Assembly (NCBI GenBank): GCA_050251945.1
Contig: JBFWLW010000004.1
Span: forward strand, 32,001-96,000
Reading direction: 5' to 3'
Source of the DNA: Deferribacterales bacterium
GTDB lineage: Bacteria; Chrysiogenota; Deferribacteres; Deferribacterales; Geovibrionaceae
Length of the DNA stretch: 64,000 nt
Shown here: positions 1 to 11,980 of the stretch, one piece after another
Layout of the letters: each line of letters begins with the position of its first letter
Numbering within the stretch: position 1 is the first letter of the stretch
Notes under the pieces: generated by a model
Told to the model about the DNA's origin: nothing
What the model saw: the letters and a program-made list of their open reading frames with translations, nothing else
Database searches by the model: none
Position numbers and translations under genes: made by a program

Positions 1-635
1 TCGTCGCTGCCCACGGGCATATCGAGCGACGTATCCTGCTTGATGGCATCGAATACTTTTTTCAGTGTGGAAAGGGGCATTTTGCAAGCGGTGGAGAGTT
101 CGTGGATGGTGGGTTCGCGTCCCATCTGCTGCTGCAGGTCGGTTTGCGCGCGCATAACCTTACTGATATTCTCTGACATATGCACGGGAATGCGCACCAT
201 CCGGCACTGGTTGATTATGGCGCGTTCAATCGCCTGACGTATCCACCATGTGGCATAGGTGCTGAACTTGAATCCCTTTGTGTAGTCGAATTTTTCCACA
301 GCTTTCAGCAGACCGATGTTTCCCTCTTCAACGAGGTCGACAAGGTTCATGCCGCGGTTGATGTACTTCTTCGCGATGGACACAACGAGACGCAGGTTGC
401 ATTTTATCATTGTTTCTTTGCTCTGGGGGCATCCTTTTTCGATCCCCTGAGACAGCTCCACCTCTTCCTCTCTTGTGAGGACGGGGTATTTGGAAATTTC
501 GTTGAGGTAGATTTTGAAGACTTCAAGATCGTCTGATGAATAATCAACTTTGACGTCTATTTCGACTTCAAACTCTTCAACTTTGCCGTCAAAATCTTCC
601 TCGATCTTGTCTTCGAGTATTTCGCCTTCGTTCAT
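1..635 (-). CDS. RNA polymerase sigma-70 family factor, RpoD/RpoS group (5' part; runs off the window start)
   Basis: Manual translation from ATG at 635 gives region 1.2 ([17 protein letters not shown]) and region 2 ([44 protein letters not shown]). The short N-terminus and position after pcm favour an RpoS-like factor. Confidence 0.9.
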   Translation of the reverse strand, partial: MNEGEILEDKIEEDFDGKVEEFEVEIDVKVDYSSDDLEVFKIYLNEISKYPVLTREEEVELSQGIEKGCPQSKETMIKCNLRLVVSIAKKYINRGMNLVDLVEEGNIGLLKAVEKFDYTKGFKFSTYATWWIRQAIERAIINQCRMVRIPVHMSENISKVMRAQTDLQQQMGREPTIHELSTACKMPLSTLKKVFDAIKQDTSLDMPVGSD

Positions 636-953
636 AACAGCTCCGAAAATAAAGGGGGTAAGTTGGTATTCGTGCAGGATGCACGACTATTTTGGATCTC
701 CGGACAACAAATGTCTGAAATATGAATTAAGAACAGTATGCACCCGCCATGTGTCAACCGAGCCGTTCTGTGGATAATGGTTTTGTGTTCCATACTCCCG
801 TCTCCTGCGGTGCAAACCGGGCAGTTTTCTGAAAACTGCACTTGATATATAAAGCACGCCTTGAAAGCATTGTAACGGAGTTATAAAAAAAAGGAAAGAA
901 CTAAATAATCAACGAAAAGGAAATTTTGCATTTTTCCTTGACTTTTGTCATTA

Positions 954-2497
<1,544 letters not shown>

Positions 2498-2507
2498 TCA
2501 ACAAATG

Positions 2508-3503
2508 TTATTCGGCGTAAACGCCTTCGTCATTCGCCCAGTTAACTGCTTTTTCTATCTCCTGCGAAAGGGAAAAAACAGCCATAGCGTAGTTTACCCG
2601 CGGGTTATAGCGCGAGATGGCGTAAAAGTTGTTGAAGAATATCCAGTATTCCTTTCCGTCCGTGCCGTCAAGTGTGTAAAGTGTGACCTTTGCGTCGGTC
2701 GGGAAATCTCCTCTGGGGGTTATGCCGCTGTCAGTCAGTTCCTGAAGAGTTTTTGACGGGCGCATTGAGCGGCTGTTGTACGTCTGCCATGTATCGCCGG
2801 AAACGTCCGCCTGAACAGCGACCGGATCTCCGAGTATGTATCTGTGACCTGACAGATATTTCGCAACGCTTCCGATAGCATCCGTCATGGAGTTCACAAG
2901 GTCTGTTTTACCGTCCCCGTCGAAGTCCACGCCGTAGCTGTCAAAATTGGAAGGCATGAACTGCGGATAACCGATGGCGCCCGCATATGAGCCTTTGTAT
3001 GTCAGCGGATCAACGTCTTCGCGGTCGGCTATAATGAACAGCCATTGCAGTTCTTTTGTGAAGAACGCGCTCCGGTTCGGCGAGTTGAATGCCAGCGTTG
3101 CCAGCATGTCCGCCGCGCGCAGTTTAAGCTGATATTTGCCGTAATTTGTTTCCACACCGAGGATGGCGGCTATGACGTATCTGCTCACCCCGAACTGGTG
3201 TTCCGCACGGATAAGGTCGCCTTCATTGGCAAGATAAAAATCCAGTCCGCCACGGATACGGTCGTCGGTGATAAACAGTTTTTTGTATTCTCCCCAAGGT
3301 TTTGCCTCAGTCGGTTTCGCAGTTCTGTTCAGAGCCAACTCCTTGATGTCAGTACCGTACAGCCACCATTCCACCTTATCGGCGGGAACCCCGTAACAGC
3401 TTTCCATATTGGCGGCGAATTCGTGGATATCCTTGTTGATCTCGAAAGCCTCCGAACGGGCGAAGAGCGTCATAGTTAAAAGAAATAGCAGGTATTTTTT
3501 CAT
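2508..3503 (-). CDS. mltB: Lytic murein transglycosylase B family
   Basis: Signal peptide; ILGVETNYG catalytic Glu; GSYAGAIGYPQFMPS; VDFDGDG. Confidence 0.9.
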   Translation of the reverse strand: MKKYLLFLLTMTLFARSEAFEINKDIHEFAANMESCYGVPADKVEWWLYGTDIKELALNRTAKPTEAKPWGEYKKLFITDDRIRGGLDFYLANEGDLIRAEHQFGVSRYVIAAILGVETNYGKYQLKLRAADMLATLAFNSPNRSAFFTKELQWLFIIADREDVDPLTYKGSYAGAIGYPQFMPSNFDSYGVDFDGDGKTDLVNSMTDAIGSVAKYLSGHRYILGDPVAVQADVSGDTWQTYNSRSMRPSKTLQELTDSGITPRGDFPTDAKVTLYTLDGTDGKEYWIFFNNFYAISRYNPRVNYAMAVFSLSQEIEKAVNWANDEGVYAE

Positions 3504-3610
3504 AAGAGTTTCTGGTCTTTTATTTATTTTAGTTTATAATCGGATAGACAGTATTAAAGCATGAATGTTTTAAAATAAATAGTTTTTTTGGGACAATGTG
3601 AGGTAAAGAC

Positions 3611-3684
3611 GGGATCGCCGCGTCGCTGCGCTCCTCGCGAAGACGGACTTCCGTCTCTGCGAGGGCTTCAGCCGAAGCAGTCTC
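3611..3684. repeat. REP-like intergenic doublet, family A copy 1
   Basis: GGGATCGCCGCG...CTCGCGAAGAC followed by inverted GTCTCTGCGAG...CGAAGCAGTCTC; related copies at 9829, 17301, 23731, 25755 and 36176. Confidence 0.8.
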
Positions 3685-3703
3685 AGATAACGGAGATAAA
3701 AAT

Positions 3704-4345
3704 ATGCTTGTAGCCCCTTCAATATTAAGTGCGGATTTTTCAAAACTCGGTGAGGAGATTGCCGCCATAGACAGTGCCGGAGCCGACTGGATACACCTTG
3801 ACGTTATGGACGGAATGTTTGTTCCGAACATAACGTTCGGCGCGCCTGTCATTAAGGCATTGAGGCAGACCACGCAGAAAGTATTCGACGCGCACCTTAT
3901 GATAGAAAAACCGGACAGATACCTTGAAGATTTCGCCGAAGCGGGCTGCGACTATATAACAGTGCATCAGGAAGCGTGCGTTCACCTGCACAGAACCATA
4001 CACCGCATAAAGGAACTGGGCAAAAAGGCGGGAGTGTCACTGAACCCTGCAACGAGCCTTGCGACCATTGAGGAGATACTGCCCGACGTGGACATGGTGC
4101 TTCTTATGAGCGTCAACCCCGGGTTCGGCGGACAAAAGTTCATAGAGAACACATACGGTAAGATAATGATGCTGCGTCAGATGAAAAAAGAGGGAAAACT
4201 TAATTTTATTATACAGGTTGACGGCGGCGTGAACGGACAAAACATTGAAAGACTTGCCAAAATGGGCTGTGAATGCGTCGTTGCCGGAAGCTATGTGTTT
4301 AACAGCGGAGATTATAAAACGGCGATAGACAGTTTGAAAATGTAA
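3704..4345 (+). CDS. rpe: Ribulose-phosphate 3-epimerase
   Basis: [39 protein letters not shown]. Confidence 0.97.
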   Translation: MLVAPSILSADFSKLGEEIAAIDSAGADWIHLDVMDGMFVPNITFGAPVIKALRQTTQKVFDAHLMIEKPDRYLEDFAEAGCDYITVHQEACVHLHRTIHRIKELGKKAGVSLNPATSLATIEEILPDVDMVLLMSVNPGFGGQKFIENTYGKIMMLRQMKKEGKLNFIIQVDGGVNGQNIERLAKMGCECVVAGSYVFNSGDYKTAIDSLKM

Positions 4346-4370
4346 AAAAAGATTTTACGTTTCAATCACA

Positions 4371-4398
4371 TTACAAACGCTCGTCCGTATGTTATAAT
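4371..4398 (+). promoter_or_regulatory. Putative sigma70 promoter (extended -10) upstream of the response regulator and glucan cluster
   Basis: TTACAA-16 bp-TATAAT with TGn extension. Confidence 0.4.
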
Positions 4399-4426
4399 TA
4401 TTCAACAAAAATTATAACGGAGGAAA

Positions 4427-4789
4427 ATGATGGGTGTGACGATACTTGTTGTTGACGACGAACCGGAAATCAGGCTCCTTTACCGTTCGGAACTGGAAGA
4501 CAGAGGCTTTAATATCATAGAGGCATCAGGCTCCGCCGAGTGTTACGATGCCCTTGCGAAAAACAGTGTTGATCTTGTGCTGCTTGACATAAAACTCAAA
4601 GGCGAAAGCGGCATCGATATACTGCAAAACCTTTCGTCGCGCGAAAACAAGGTAAAGGTGATACTTGCCACTGCTTACAGCGCATATCAGGACGATTTTT
4701 CCACATGGCTTGCCGACGGATATTGGGTCAAGTCCCTTGAGTTTGACAATCTGATCGAAGAAATTAATAAGGTACTGCATAAAAATTAG
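4427..4789 (+). CDS. Stand-alone response regulator (receiver domain)
   Basis: ILVVDDE, LVLLDIKL phospho-acceptor Asp, ATAYS, conserved Lys. Confidence 0.9.
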   Translation: MMGVTILVVDDEPEIRLLYRSELEDRGFNIIEASGSAECYDALAKNSVDLVLLDIKLKGESGIDILQNLSSRENKVKVILATAYSAYQDDFSTWLADGYWVKSLEFDNLIEEINKVLHKN

Positions 4790-4790
4790 G

Positions 4791-4833
4791 CGCACGGATG
4801 TGCGAAACTCAATAAATGACAGGATGTCATTTT
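4791..4833 (+). promoter_or_regulatory. Two GGA-loop hairpins in a leader (candidate CsrA/RsmA sites)
   Basis: CGCACGGATGTGCG and AAATGACAGGATGTCATTT hairpins with GGA in the loop, upstream of the RBS of 4871. Confidence 0.45.
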
Positions 4834-4870
4834 TTGTGAGATTAATTAATTAATTTTCGGAGTGATTCTT

Positions 4871-7369
4871 ATGAAAGCTGTTGTTATGGCGGGAGGATTC
4901 GGAACGAGAATCCAGCCGCTCACTTCAAGTATGCCCAAACCCATGATACCCGTTTTCAACAGACCCATGATGGAATACATCATCGGTTCGCTCAAAGCGG
5001 CCGGCATAGTGGACATAGTCATACTTCTCTATTTCAAACCTGATGTCATAAAAGGATATTTCGGCGACGGCTCCGACTTTGGCGTCAGGATAAACTATGT
5101 CCTTCCCGACGACGACTACGGCACTGCCGGAGCTGTTAAAAAAGCTCAGAAATACCTTGATGAAAGGTTCATAATCGTAAGCGGCGACCTTATCACCGAT
5201 TTCAAGATTCAGGAGATAATCGGTTTTCACGAGGTCAAAAACTCGCTTGCAACCATCACGCTTACATCCGTTCCCGACCCGCTGCAGTTCGGCGTTGTTA
5301 TAACTGACAAGGAGAGCAAGATTCTCCGTTTCCTCGAGAAACCGGGCTGGGGCGAGGTTTTCAGCGACACGATAAACACCGGTATCTACGTTTTCGAGCC
5401 GGAGATACTGCAATATATTCCAGAAGATTCAAACTTCGACTTTTCCAAAGACCTGTTCCCGAAACTGATGGCGAGCGGGATAGATATTTTCGGTTACAAC
5501 GCAAAAGGTTACTGGCGCGATGTTGGCAACCCCGATTCATACCGCGCGGCGCTTCTTGACATCATGGAAGGGCAGGTGACGCTTCCCTTCACAGGCACAC
5601 TGCGCGAGGAAAAATCCGCCCATATTTACATAGGAAACAACTGTGAAATTGACGAATCCGCCCGTTTCGAGGGGCTTGTGGTTATAGACGACGGCTGTGT
5701 CATCAAAAAAGATTCGGTGATAACAGATTCGGTGATCGGCAGGAACAGCGTTGTGGAGGAAAAGGTTAAGATCACTGACTCTATCCTCTGGAATGATTGT
5801 CTGGCGGGCAAAAGCAGCGTACTCAGGAACGCTGTGCTTTGCGACAGGGTAAAACTGGGTTCAAGCGTTAAGGCTGAACACGGTGTTATCATTGCAGAAG
5901 GCACGGAGGTCGGCAATCAGGTCATATTTGAAAAAGACGTGATGGTCTGGCCTGAAAAGCAGATAGAGGCAGGCTCAATCGTCAGCAGCAACCTAATCTG
6001 GGGCGATAAATGGAAGAAATCCATTTTTGAAGGCGGCAAGGTGTCCGCAAGAACAAACGTCGAGCTTTCACCAGATATGGCGGCGAAACTCGGTGCGGCG
6101 CTGGGAAGCCAGCTGCCTCAGGGATGCCGCGTGCTGATGTCCAGAGACTATGACAGAGCTTCGCGAATGTTGAAAAGATGTTTCCTCGGCGGTCTGCTCT
6201 CAACAGGTGTCAATGTTACCGAACTGCGCATGACTCCTCTGCCTATCATGAGGCACAAACTGTCCATGTTCGGCGAGGTGGCGGGTGTTTATTTCCGTCA
6301 GTGCCAGTCCGATCCGACGAATACCGAGATCCTTTTCTATGACGATTCCTCACTGCTCATCGACAGCAACACGGAGAAGAACGTCGAACGCATCTTCTTC
6401 CGGGAAAACTATCGCAGAGCAACGCAGGACGATATAGGCGAAATTTACGACCAGATGATGGTCAACGAATTTTATAAAGAGGGAGTGTTGAAAAATATCG
6501 ACATAACGCTCCTGAAAAGCCGCAGAAGCAAAATAGTGGCTGACCTTACAAACGGCACCACGGATATGATTTTCCCCGAACTTCTCAACAAGGCTGGGAT
6601 TGATGCCGTTGTTCTGAACGCATACCGCGACGAGAAGAAGCTTTCAAGAACCATGCACCAGAGCGAAATGAGCTTCAGAGAGGTATCTGACATCGTTAAG
6701 GTTACTGAATCCGAACTGGGAATTGTGGTTTATCCGCATGGCGAACGGTTGGGGATTATAACCGACAAAGGCGAGATGCTTTCCGAGGATAAGGCGCTGA
6801 TGTTCATGCTGAAACTCATCGACCTCACCGCGAAGAGCAAACTCAGGGTATATCTGCCTGCATACGCACCCACGGTGCTTGACGATTCGCTGATGAACGT
6901 TGAGATAACACGCGGCAAAGGGAGCGGCATTAAGGCGGAATTCCTGCGGAACTTCTATTTCACAGGCGACCTTAACCGGAATTTCATATTCATTAAGAAC
7001 GGAATACATGCCGACGCCATGTTCAGCTCGCTGAAAATGCTGGAGATGATGGCAAGGCACAACGTAAAAATAAGCGACGTGCTGAAAACAATACCCGACT
7101 ATTATTTCAGCCACACTGTCATCAACTGCCCGCTTGAGATGAAGGGCTATCTGATGCGTAAAATAAGCGAAGAGGCTATGGACAAAGAGGCTTCTTTCCT
7201 TGACGGCATCAAGATAATGTTCAAGGGAAAGGGCTGGGTGCATATGGTTCCGGATCAGTTCACGGCGAACGTCCACCTTTATGTGGAGGCGGTGAGCGAG
7301 AGGGAATACGGTCGTTTGCACGGTGAATTTAAAGAAAAGATAAACGGATGGCTTCAGGAGCAGGAGTAG
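4871..7369 (+). CDS. Sugar-1-phosphate nucleotidyltransferase (mannose-1-P guanylyltransferase-like) with hexapeptide repeats, fused to a phosphomannomutase-like domain
   Basis: MAGGFGTRIQPLT..PKP, FLEKP, YWRDVG, left-handed beta-helix repeats, C-terminal PGM/PMM-like region. Confidence 0.88.
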   Translation: MKAVVMAGGFGTRIQPLTSSMPKPMIPVFNRPMMEYIIGSLKAAGIVDIVILLYFKPDVIKGYFGDGSDFGVRINYVLPDDDYGTAGAVKKAQKYLDERFIIVSGDLITDFKIQEIIGFHEVKNSLATITLTSVPDPLQFGVVITDKESKILRFLEKPGWGEVFSDTINTGIYVFEPEILQYIPEDSNFDFSKDLFPKLMASGIDIFGYNAKGYWRDVGNPDSYRAALLDIMEGQVTLPFTGTLREEKSAHIYIGNNCEIDESARFEGLVVIDDGCVIKKDSVITDSVIGRNSVVEEKVKITDSILWNDCLAGKSSVLRNAVLCDRVKLGSSVKAEHGVIIAEGTEVGNQVIFEKDVMVWPEKQIEAGSIVSSNLIWGDKWKKSIFEGGKVSARTNVELSPDMAAKLGAALGSQLPQGCRVLMSRDYDRASRMLKRCFLGGLLSTGVNVTELRMTPLPIMRHKLSMFGEVAGVYFRQCQSDPTNTEILFYDDSSLLIDSNTEKNVERIFFRENYRRATQDDIGEIYDQMMVNEFYKEGVLKNIDITLLKSRRSKIVADLTNGTTDMIFPELLNKAGIDAVVLNAYRDEKKLSRTMHQSEMSFREVSDIVKVTESELGIVVYPHGERLGIITDKGEMLSEDKALMFMLKLIDLTAKSKLRVYLPAYAPTVLDDSLMNVEITRGKGSGIKAEFLRNFYFTGDLNRNFIFIKNGIHADAMFSSLKMLEMMARHNVKISDVLKTIPDYYFSHTVINCPLEMKGYLMRKISEEAMDKEASFLDGIKIMFKGKGWVHMVPDQFTANVHLYVEAVSEREYGRLHGEFKEKINGWLQEQE

Positions 7370-7370
7370 T

Positions 7371-9464
7371 ATGAAGAAACTCAGGCTGTGTTTCCTATGG
7401 CATATGCACCAGCCATATTATAAGGATGACCTTGACGGGCTGTATCATATGCCGTGGGTGTATCTGCATGCCCTGAAGGATTACTACGAACTTCCATATT
7501 ATCACAAGATATTTACAAAGATAAAGGGTACATATAATCTTGTACCCTCTCTCCTTGTCCAGCTCGCGGATTATACCTCTGCGGGCGTTTCGGACATATT
7601 CATAAAACTGATGCTGAAAGACGTTCGCGAGCTTACGCAGGATGAGAAAAATATTCTTATCCCTCAGCTTTTTATGGCGAACTACAAGAATCAGGTGAAA
7701 CCGCTGAAAAGATATCGCGAGCTTTATGACCGCAAGGGTGACACTCCTCTGTTTGAAACAGCGAAGCTGAACTATTCCGATCAGGATATTCTTGATCTTG
7801 AGGTGATGTACCTCATAAGCTGGTGCGGTGTGTTTACGCGCAAAGATGTCCCGTTTGCTCAGGAACTTATTAAGAAGGGCAGGGATTTTCTGCACAACGA
7901 TAAGCTGCACTTCATGGACAAACTGGCGGAGTTTGTCGCGTCGATAGTTCCGCTTTATAAAGATTTACAGAATAACGGAAATATCGAGGTTTCGGCAACT
8001 CCTTTCTATCACCCGATACTGCCGCTTCTGCTCGACCCGAAAAGTGCGAAAGAGGCGCTGCCCGACATCTCCATGCCCAGCATATCGGTGGATTTTTTAC
8101 CGCATGCGCGGGTTCATGTGCAGTCGGCTGTTGACTATTATCAGGAGATATTCGATTCCCCGCCCAAAGGCATGTGGCCTGCGGAGGGGAGTATTTCAAA
8201 TAAAGCTGCGGAGCTTTTCAAAAACTGCGGCATAGGCTGGATTGCCAGCGACGAGGACGTGCTTTCAGCTTCCATAGGGCGCGACCTGCGGGACAAACAG
8301 CAGAGACAGAGACTTTACAAACGCCATGGGTTCAGCACACCCGACGGCAGTATAAATATATTTTTCAGAGACAAGGAACTTTCAGACCTTGTGGGTTTCA
8401 CCTACAGTAGCTGGGAAGCGGAAAAAGCTGTTGATGATTTCATGACCAAACTGTCTGAAATCTATGATATGTGCGATTTTTCGCCCGTTGTTCCTGTTAT
8501 TCTGGATGGCGAGAATGCGTGGGAATATTACCCTGAAAACGCATCAAAATTCTTTGAACTGCTTTATACGAGGCTCTCTGCGTGCAACTGGATCGAGACG
8601 CTCACAATGAGCGAGGCGGCGGAGTGCGACACTCCCGAAGAGCCTCTGGACAGGATACGCGCCGGTTCATGGATATATGCGAACTTTACCACTTGGATGG
8701 GACATCCCGAAAAGAACGAGGCGTGGCGGATACTCTCCGACGCATACATCAGATATGCCGCGAAAGCGCATGCGGCTCAGGATATTTCGGCTGTTGAAAA
8801 GGAGCTTTATGCTGCGGAGGGTTCGGACTGGTTCTGGTGGTACGGCGACGATCATTTCAGCTTGCAGTCTGACGTTTTCGACAAGCTTTTCCGCAGACAC
8901 ATTGCCAACGTTTACACTCTGCTCGGTGAAAAAGTGCCGCCGGAAGTTCATCAGCCCATTAAGAAAAGTCATAAATCCGGACTGCTGAAAACACCTGCGG
9001 GCGAGATGACTCCAGTCATTGACGGCAAAGTGACGAGCTTTTTTGAATGGCTCGGCGGCGGACGGTTCGACCTGAAATTTGATGCAGGCGCAATGACGGC
9101 ATCGTCGAACGTTCTGCATATGCTCTGGTTCGGTTATGACCCGCAGAATTTTTATCTGCGGATAGACGGGACTTTCAGGGATATTCTGAATCTTGGATAT
9201 GAGCTTGAGGCGGAGATAACGGCGGGTGAGACGAAATCCGTTCTTTTTCCGCTTGTTTATGAATTCAGCGGAAACAGCGGGGAAACTTCCTGCTGTGAAT
9301 CGGTTTTTGAGGCATCCGTACCTCGCGTATACGCCAACGGCTCGGACAAGATATATTTGACATTCCGCCTGCGCCGCGACGGACGCATAATTGAAACGGC
9401 ACCAGTGTACAATACCGTCGAGATAGACCTGTCGCATGACGGCAGACAGGACTGGATAGCATAA
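7371..9464 (+). CDS. Glycoside hydrolase family 57 (amylopullulanase-like)
   Basis: WHMHQPYY, PFYHPILPLL, GMWPAEGS, ILDGENAWE, AEGSDWFWW. Confidence 0.92.
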   Translation: MKKLRLCFLWHMHQPYYKDDLDGLYHMPWVYLHALKDYYELPYYHKIFTKIKGTYNLVPSLLVQLADYTSAGVSDIFIKLMLKDVRELTQDEKNILIPQLFMANYKNQVKPLKRYRELYDRKGDTPLFETAKLNYSDQDILDLEVMYLISWCGVFTRKDVPFAQELIKKGRDFLHNDKLHFMDKLAEFVASIVPLYKDLQNNGNIEVSATPFYHPILPLLLDPKSAKEALPDISMPSISVDFLPHARVHVQSAVDYYQEIFDSPPKGMWPAEGSISNKAAELFKNCGIGWIASDEDVLSASIGRDLRDKQQRQRLYKRHGFSTPDGSINIFFRDKELSDLVGFTYSSWEAEKAVDDFMTKLSEIYDMCDFSPVVPVILDGENAWEYYPENASKFFELLYTRLSACNWIETLTMSEAAECDTPEEPLDRIRAGSWIYANFTTWMGHPEKNEAWRILSDAYIRYAAKAHAAQDISAVEKELYAAEGSDWFWWYGDDHFSLQSDVFDKLFRRHIANVYTLLGEKVPPEVHQPIKKSHKSGLLKTPAGEMTPVIDGKVTSFFEWLGGGRFDLKFDAGAMTASSNVLHMLWFGYDPQNFYLRIDGTFRDILNLGYELEAEITAGETKSVLFPLVYEFSGNSGETSCCESVFEASVPRVYANGSDKIYLTFRLRRDGRIIETAPVYNTVEIDLSHDGRQDWIA

Positions 9465-9815
9465 AACTTCAGGATGAAGTTCGTGGAGTGAGCGTGTCAG
9501 GCTTTGCCTGTTAAGCGAACGCAACGTGAGCGGAAAGAGGCTTAGCCGATTGGAGCGATATCATTATTTTCCCAAGGACGGGAAAATAATGCGAAACTAT
9601 AGACCTGTCGCATGACGGCAGACAGGACTGGATAGCATAAAACTTCAGGATGAAGTTCGTGGAGTGAGCGTGTCAGGCTTTGCCTGTTAAGCGAACGCAA
9701 CGTGAGCGGAAAGAGGCTTAGCCGATTGGAGCGATATCATTATTTTCCCAAGGACGGGAAAATAATGCGAAACTATAGACCTGTCGCATGACGGCAGACA
9801 GGACTGGATAGCATA
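9423..9815 (+). repeat. Tandem array with 176-bp period: three copies of the last 41 bp of the GH57 gene separated by two identical 135-bp structured elements
   Basis: ATAGACCTGTCGCATGACGGCAGACAGGACTGGATAGCATA at 9423, 9599 and 9775; identical inserts at 9464-9598 and 9640-9774. Confidence 0.95.
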
Positions 9816-9828
9816 GACCGGATAAGAG

Positions 9829-9898
9829 CAGATTACTTCGCTCCGCCCGCAAAGACGTTTTTTTGTCTCTGCGAGGAATGGAGTGACGAAGCAGTCTC
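9829..9898. repeat. REP-like doublet, family A copy 2
   Basis: CAGATTACTTCG...CGCAAAGAC / GTCTCTGCGAGG...CGAAGCAGTCTC. Confidence 0.75.
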
Positions 9899-9921
9899 AT
9901 TCACTTTTACGGAGAATATAA

Positions 9922-11979
9922 ATGAAACTTCCCTTACACCTTGGAATACATTGTCACCAGCCGGTGGAAAATTTTTATAACGTGGTGGATATCGCGGTTG
10001 AGAAGAGCTATCAGCCCTTTTTTGAACTGCTTCTGAAAAAAAACGGCATGAAGGTGAGCGTTCACTACAGCGGCTGGCTGTTTGAATACATAAAGAACCA
10101 CCACAAAAAACTTTTCGGCATGATGCAGGATGCAAACAGCGCCGGACAGGTGGAGTTCTTTTCAGGCGGGTTTTACGAGCCTGTGCTTGCCGCCATACCG
10201 TCCAGAGACCGCAAAGAGCAGATAAAAAAGCTGAACGGCTTCATCGAGAATAATTTTAAAGTGTCGCCGAAAGGGCTATGGCTCACGGAGAGGGTGTGGG
10301 ACAGCTCCATAATTCCTGACTGTGCCGACTGCGGCATTGAATACGTTATAGTGGACGATTACCACTTCATCGCCGCCGGATTCTATGAATCCATGCTCCA
10401 CGGTCATTTCAAAACGGAGCAGGACGGGCGTGAGATGCTGATATTCCCTATCAGCGAAAAACTGAGATACATGATACCCTTTAAGCCCGCGAAAGATGTT
10501 GTCGGGTATCTGGGCGAGATAGCGGAACAGGGCGGTAAATCGCTGACGATATTTGACGACGGCGAAAAGTTCGGTCTCTGGCCTGAAACTCACGAATGGG
10601 TTTATGAAAAGGGCTGGCTGAACGATTTTGCCGATGCAGTTAATGACAGCGGACACAGCGAATTTGCGCTGTTCAAAGATACTGTGGAAACGGTGCCTCC
10701 TTCGCAGATAGCCTATCTGCCCACCGTTTCATACTTTGAGATGGGAGAATGGTCGCTGTTTGCAGAGCGCACCAACAAAATGGCGGAGTTTTTGAAAGAG
10801 ACTGAAAAACTGCACAGGGACGATACCGCGAAGGTGTTTATTAAAGGCGGCATCTGGAAGAATTTTCTGGTTAAATATCCCGAATCCAACCGTATCCATA
10901 AGCGGACGCTGAAATTGTCGAAAGACGCTGACAGACTTAAAGATGAAAGACTTTACGAGGCATTGTATAAAGCGCAGTGCAACGACGTGCTGTGGCACGG
11001 GATATTCGGCGGACTTTACCTGCCTAATCTGCGGAACAACGCATACCGTTTTATCATAGAGGGTGAAAAACTGGTGGAAGAGCTGGACGGTACGGCTTAT
11101 CCGTCCATGGAGAAAGGGGATTTCGATTTCGACGGTTACGACGAGGCGTACGTCCGCACACCTGAGCTGAACTTTATGTTCGTATCTGTTGACGGCGGAC
11201 AGCTCGTTTCCGTTGAGGACAAGGCGAACTGTTATAATTTTCTGAACACGCTGGCGCGCCGCAAAGAGGCATACCATGAAAAAATGCTGAACTCTGCGGA
11301 ACCGGAAGATGCTGAAACGGCTGAAGAGGCTGATGAAGAAGGTATCAGTACAATACATAACGACAGCCGCGCCGACAGCGCCGCCTATAAAGAATATCTG
11401 GTTTACGACTGGCACAATAAAAACTGTTTCATTGACCATTTCGTGCATCGGTTCGATGCGGAGGAGTTCAGAAACGTCAGCTTCGGCGAGATGGGGGATT
11501 TTGCAAACCAGCCCGCCGTAATGATATCTTCGGAATCCGGTCTGACTTTCACCCGTGAAGGTGGACTTTATAAATACGGACAGAAACTGCCGTGCCGTGT
11601 GACAAAGGAATTCTCTTTCGATAAAAAAGGGTTGGAACTCAGGCTGAACATAGATTCGGAGCTTGATGAAGAGATAGATTATGTCATGGAGATGAACTTT
11701 CATTTCAATGACCTTGAAAATGTTTTGATAAACGGAAAAACGCCTGATGAGTCTGAAGGTGTTGATTGGACAAAAATAGAATTGGGAGAAAAGCATACGC
11801 CTTCAAAACTGTTGATAGAGATGAGCGGAGGTGCTAAACTGTACACATATCCAGTGCTGACGGTTTCCCAGTCCGAAAGCGGGGCGGATCTGACGCATCA
11901 GGGTATCTGTCTGCTTCTTCCGTTCAGGTTCAGAAAGCATCTTGAGCTTGAGTGCAGGCTCTCTCTGTCGGGGGAATGA
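9922..11979 (+). CDS. GH57 alpha-amylase / 4-alpha-glucanotransferase
   Basis: HCHQP, GGFYEPVL, GLWLTERVW, FDDGEKFG, AQCNDVLWHGIFGGLY, C-terminal beta domain. Confidence 0.92.
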   Translation: MKLPLHLGIHCHQPVENFYNVVDIAVEKSYQPFFELLLKKNGMKVSVHYSGWLFEYIKNHHKKLFGMMQDANSAGQVEFFSGGFYEPVLAAIPSRDRKEQIKKLNGFIENNFKVSPKGLWLTERVWDSSIIPDCADCGIEYVIVDDYHFIAAGFYESMLHGHFKTEQDGREMLIFPISEKLRYMIPFKPAKDVVGYLGEIAEQGGKSLTIFDDGEKFGLWPETHEWVYEKGWLNDFADAVNDSGHSEFALFKDTVETVPPSQIAYLPTVSYFEMGEWSLFAERTNKMAEFLKETEKLHRDDTAKVFIKGGIWKNFLVKYPESNRIHKRTLKLSKDADRLKDERLYEALYKAQCNDVLWHGIFGGLYLPNLRNNAYRFIIEGEKLVEELDGTAYPSMEKGDFDFDGYDEAYVRTPELNFMFVSVDGGQLVSVEDKANCYNFLNTLARRKEAYHEKMLNSAEPEDAETAEEADEEGISTIHNDSRADSAAYKEYLVYDWHNKNCFIDHFVHRFDAEEFRNVSFGEMGDFANQPAVMISSESGLTFTREGGLYKYGQKLPCRVTKEFSFDKKGLELRLNIDSELDEEIDYVMEMNFHFNDLENVLINGKTPDESEGVDWTKIELGEKHTPSKLLIEMSGGAKLYTYPVLTVSQSESGADLTHQGICLLLPFRFRKHLELECRLSLSGE

Positions 11980-11980
11980 C

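Noticed and set aside
9423..9815. CRISPR-like repeat-spacer array
   Set aside because: The spacers are identical and 135 bp long, the repeat is the end of a coding gene, and there are no cas genes in the window.
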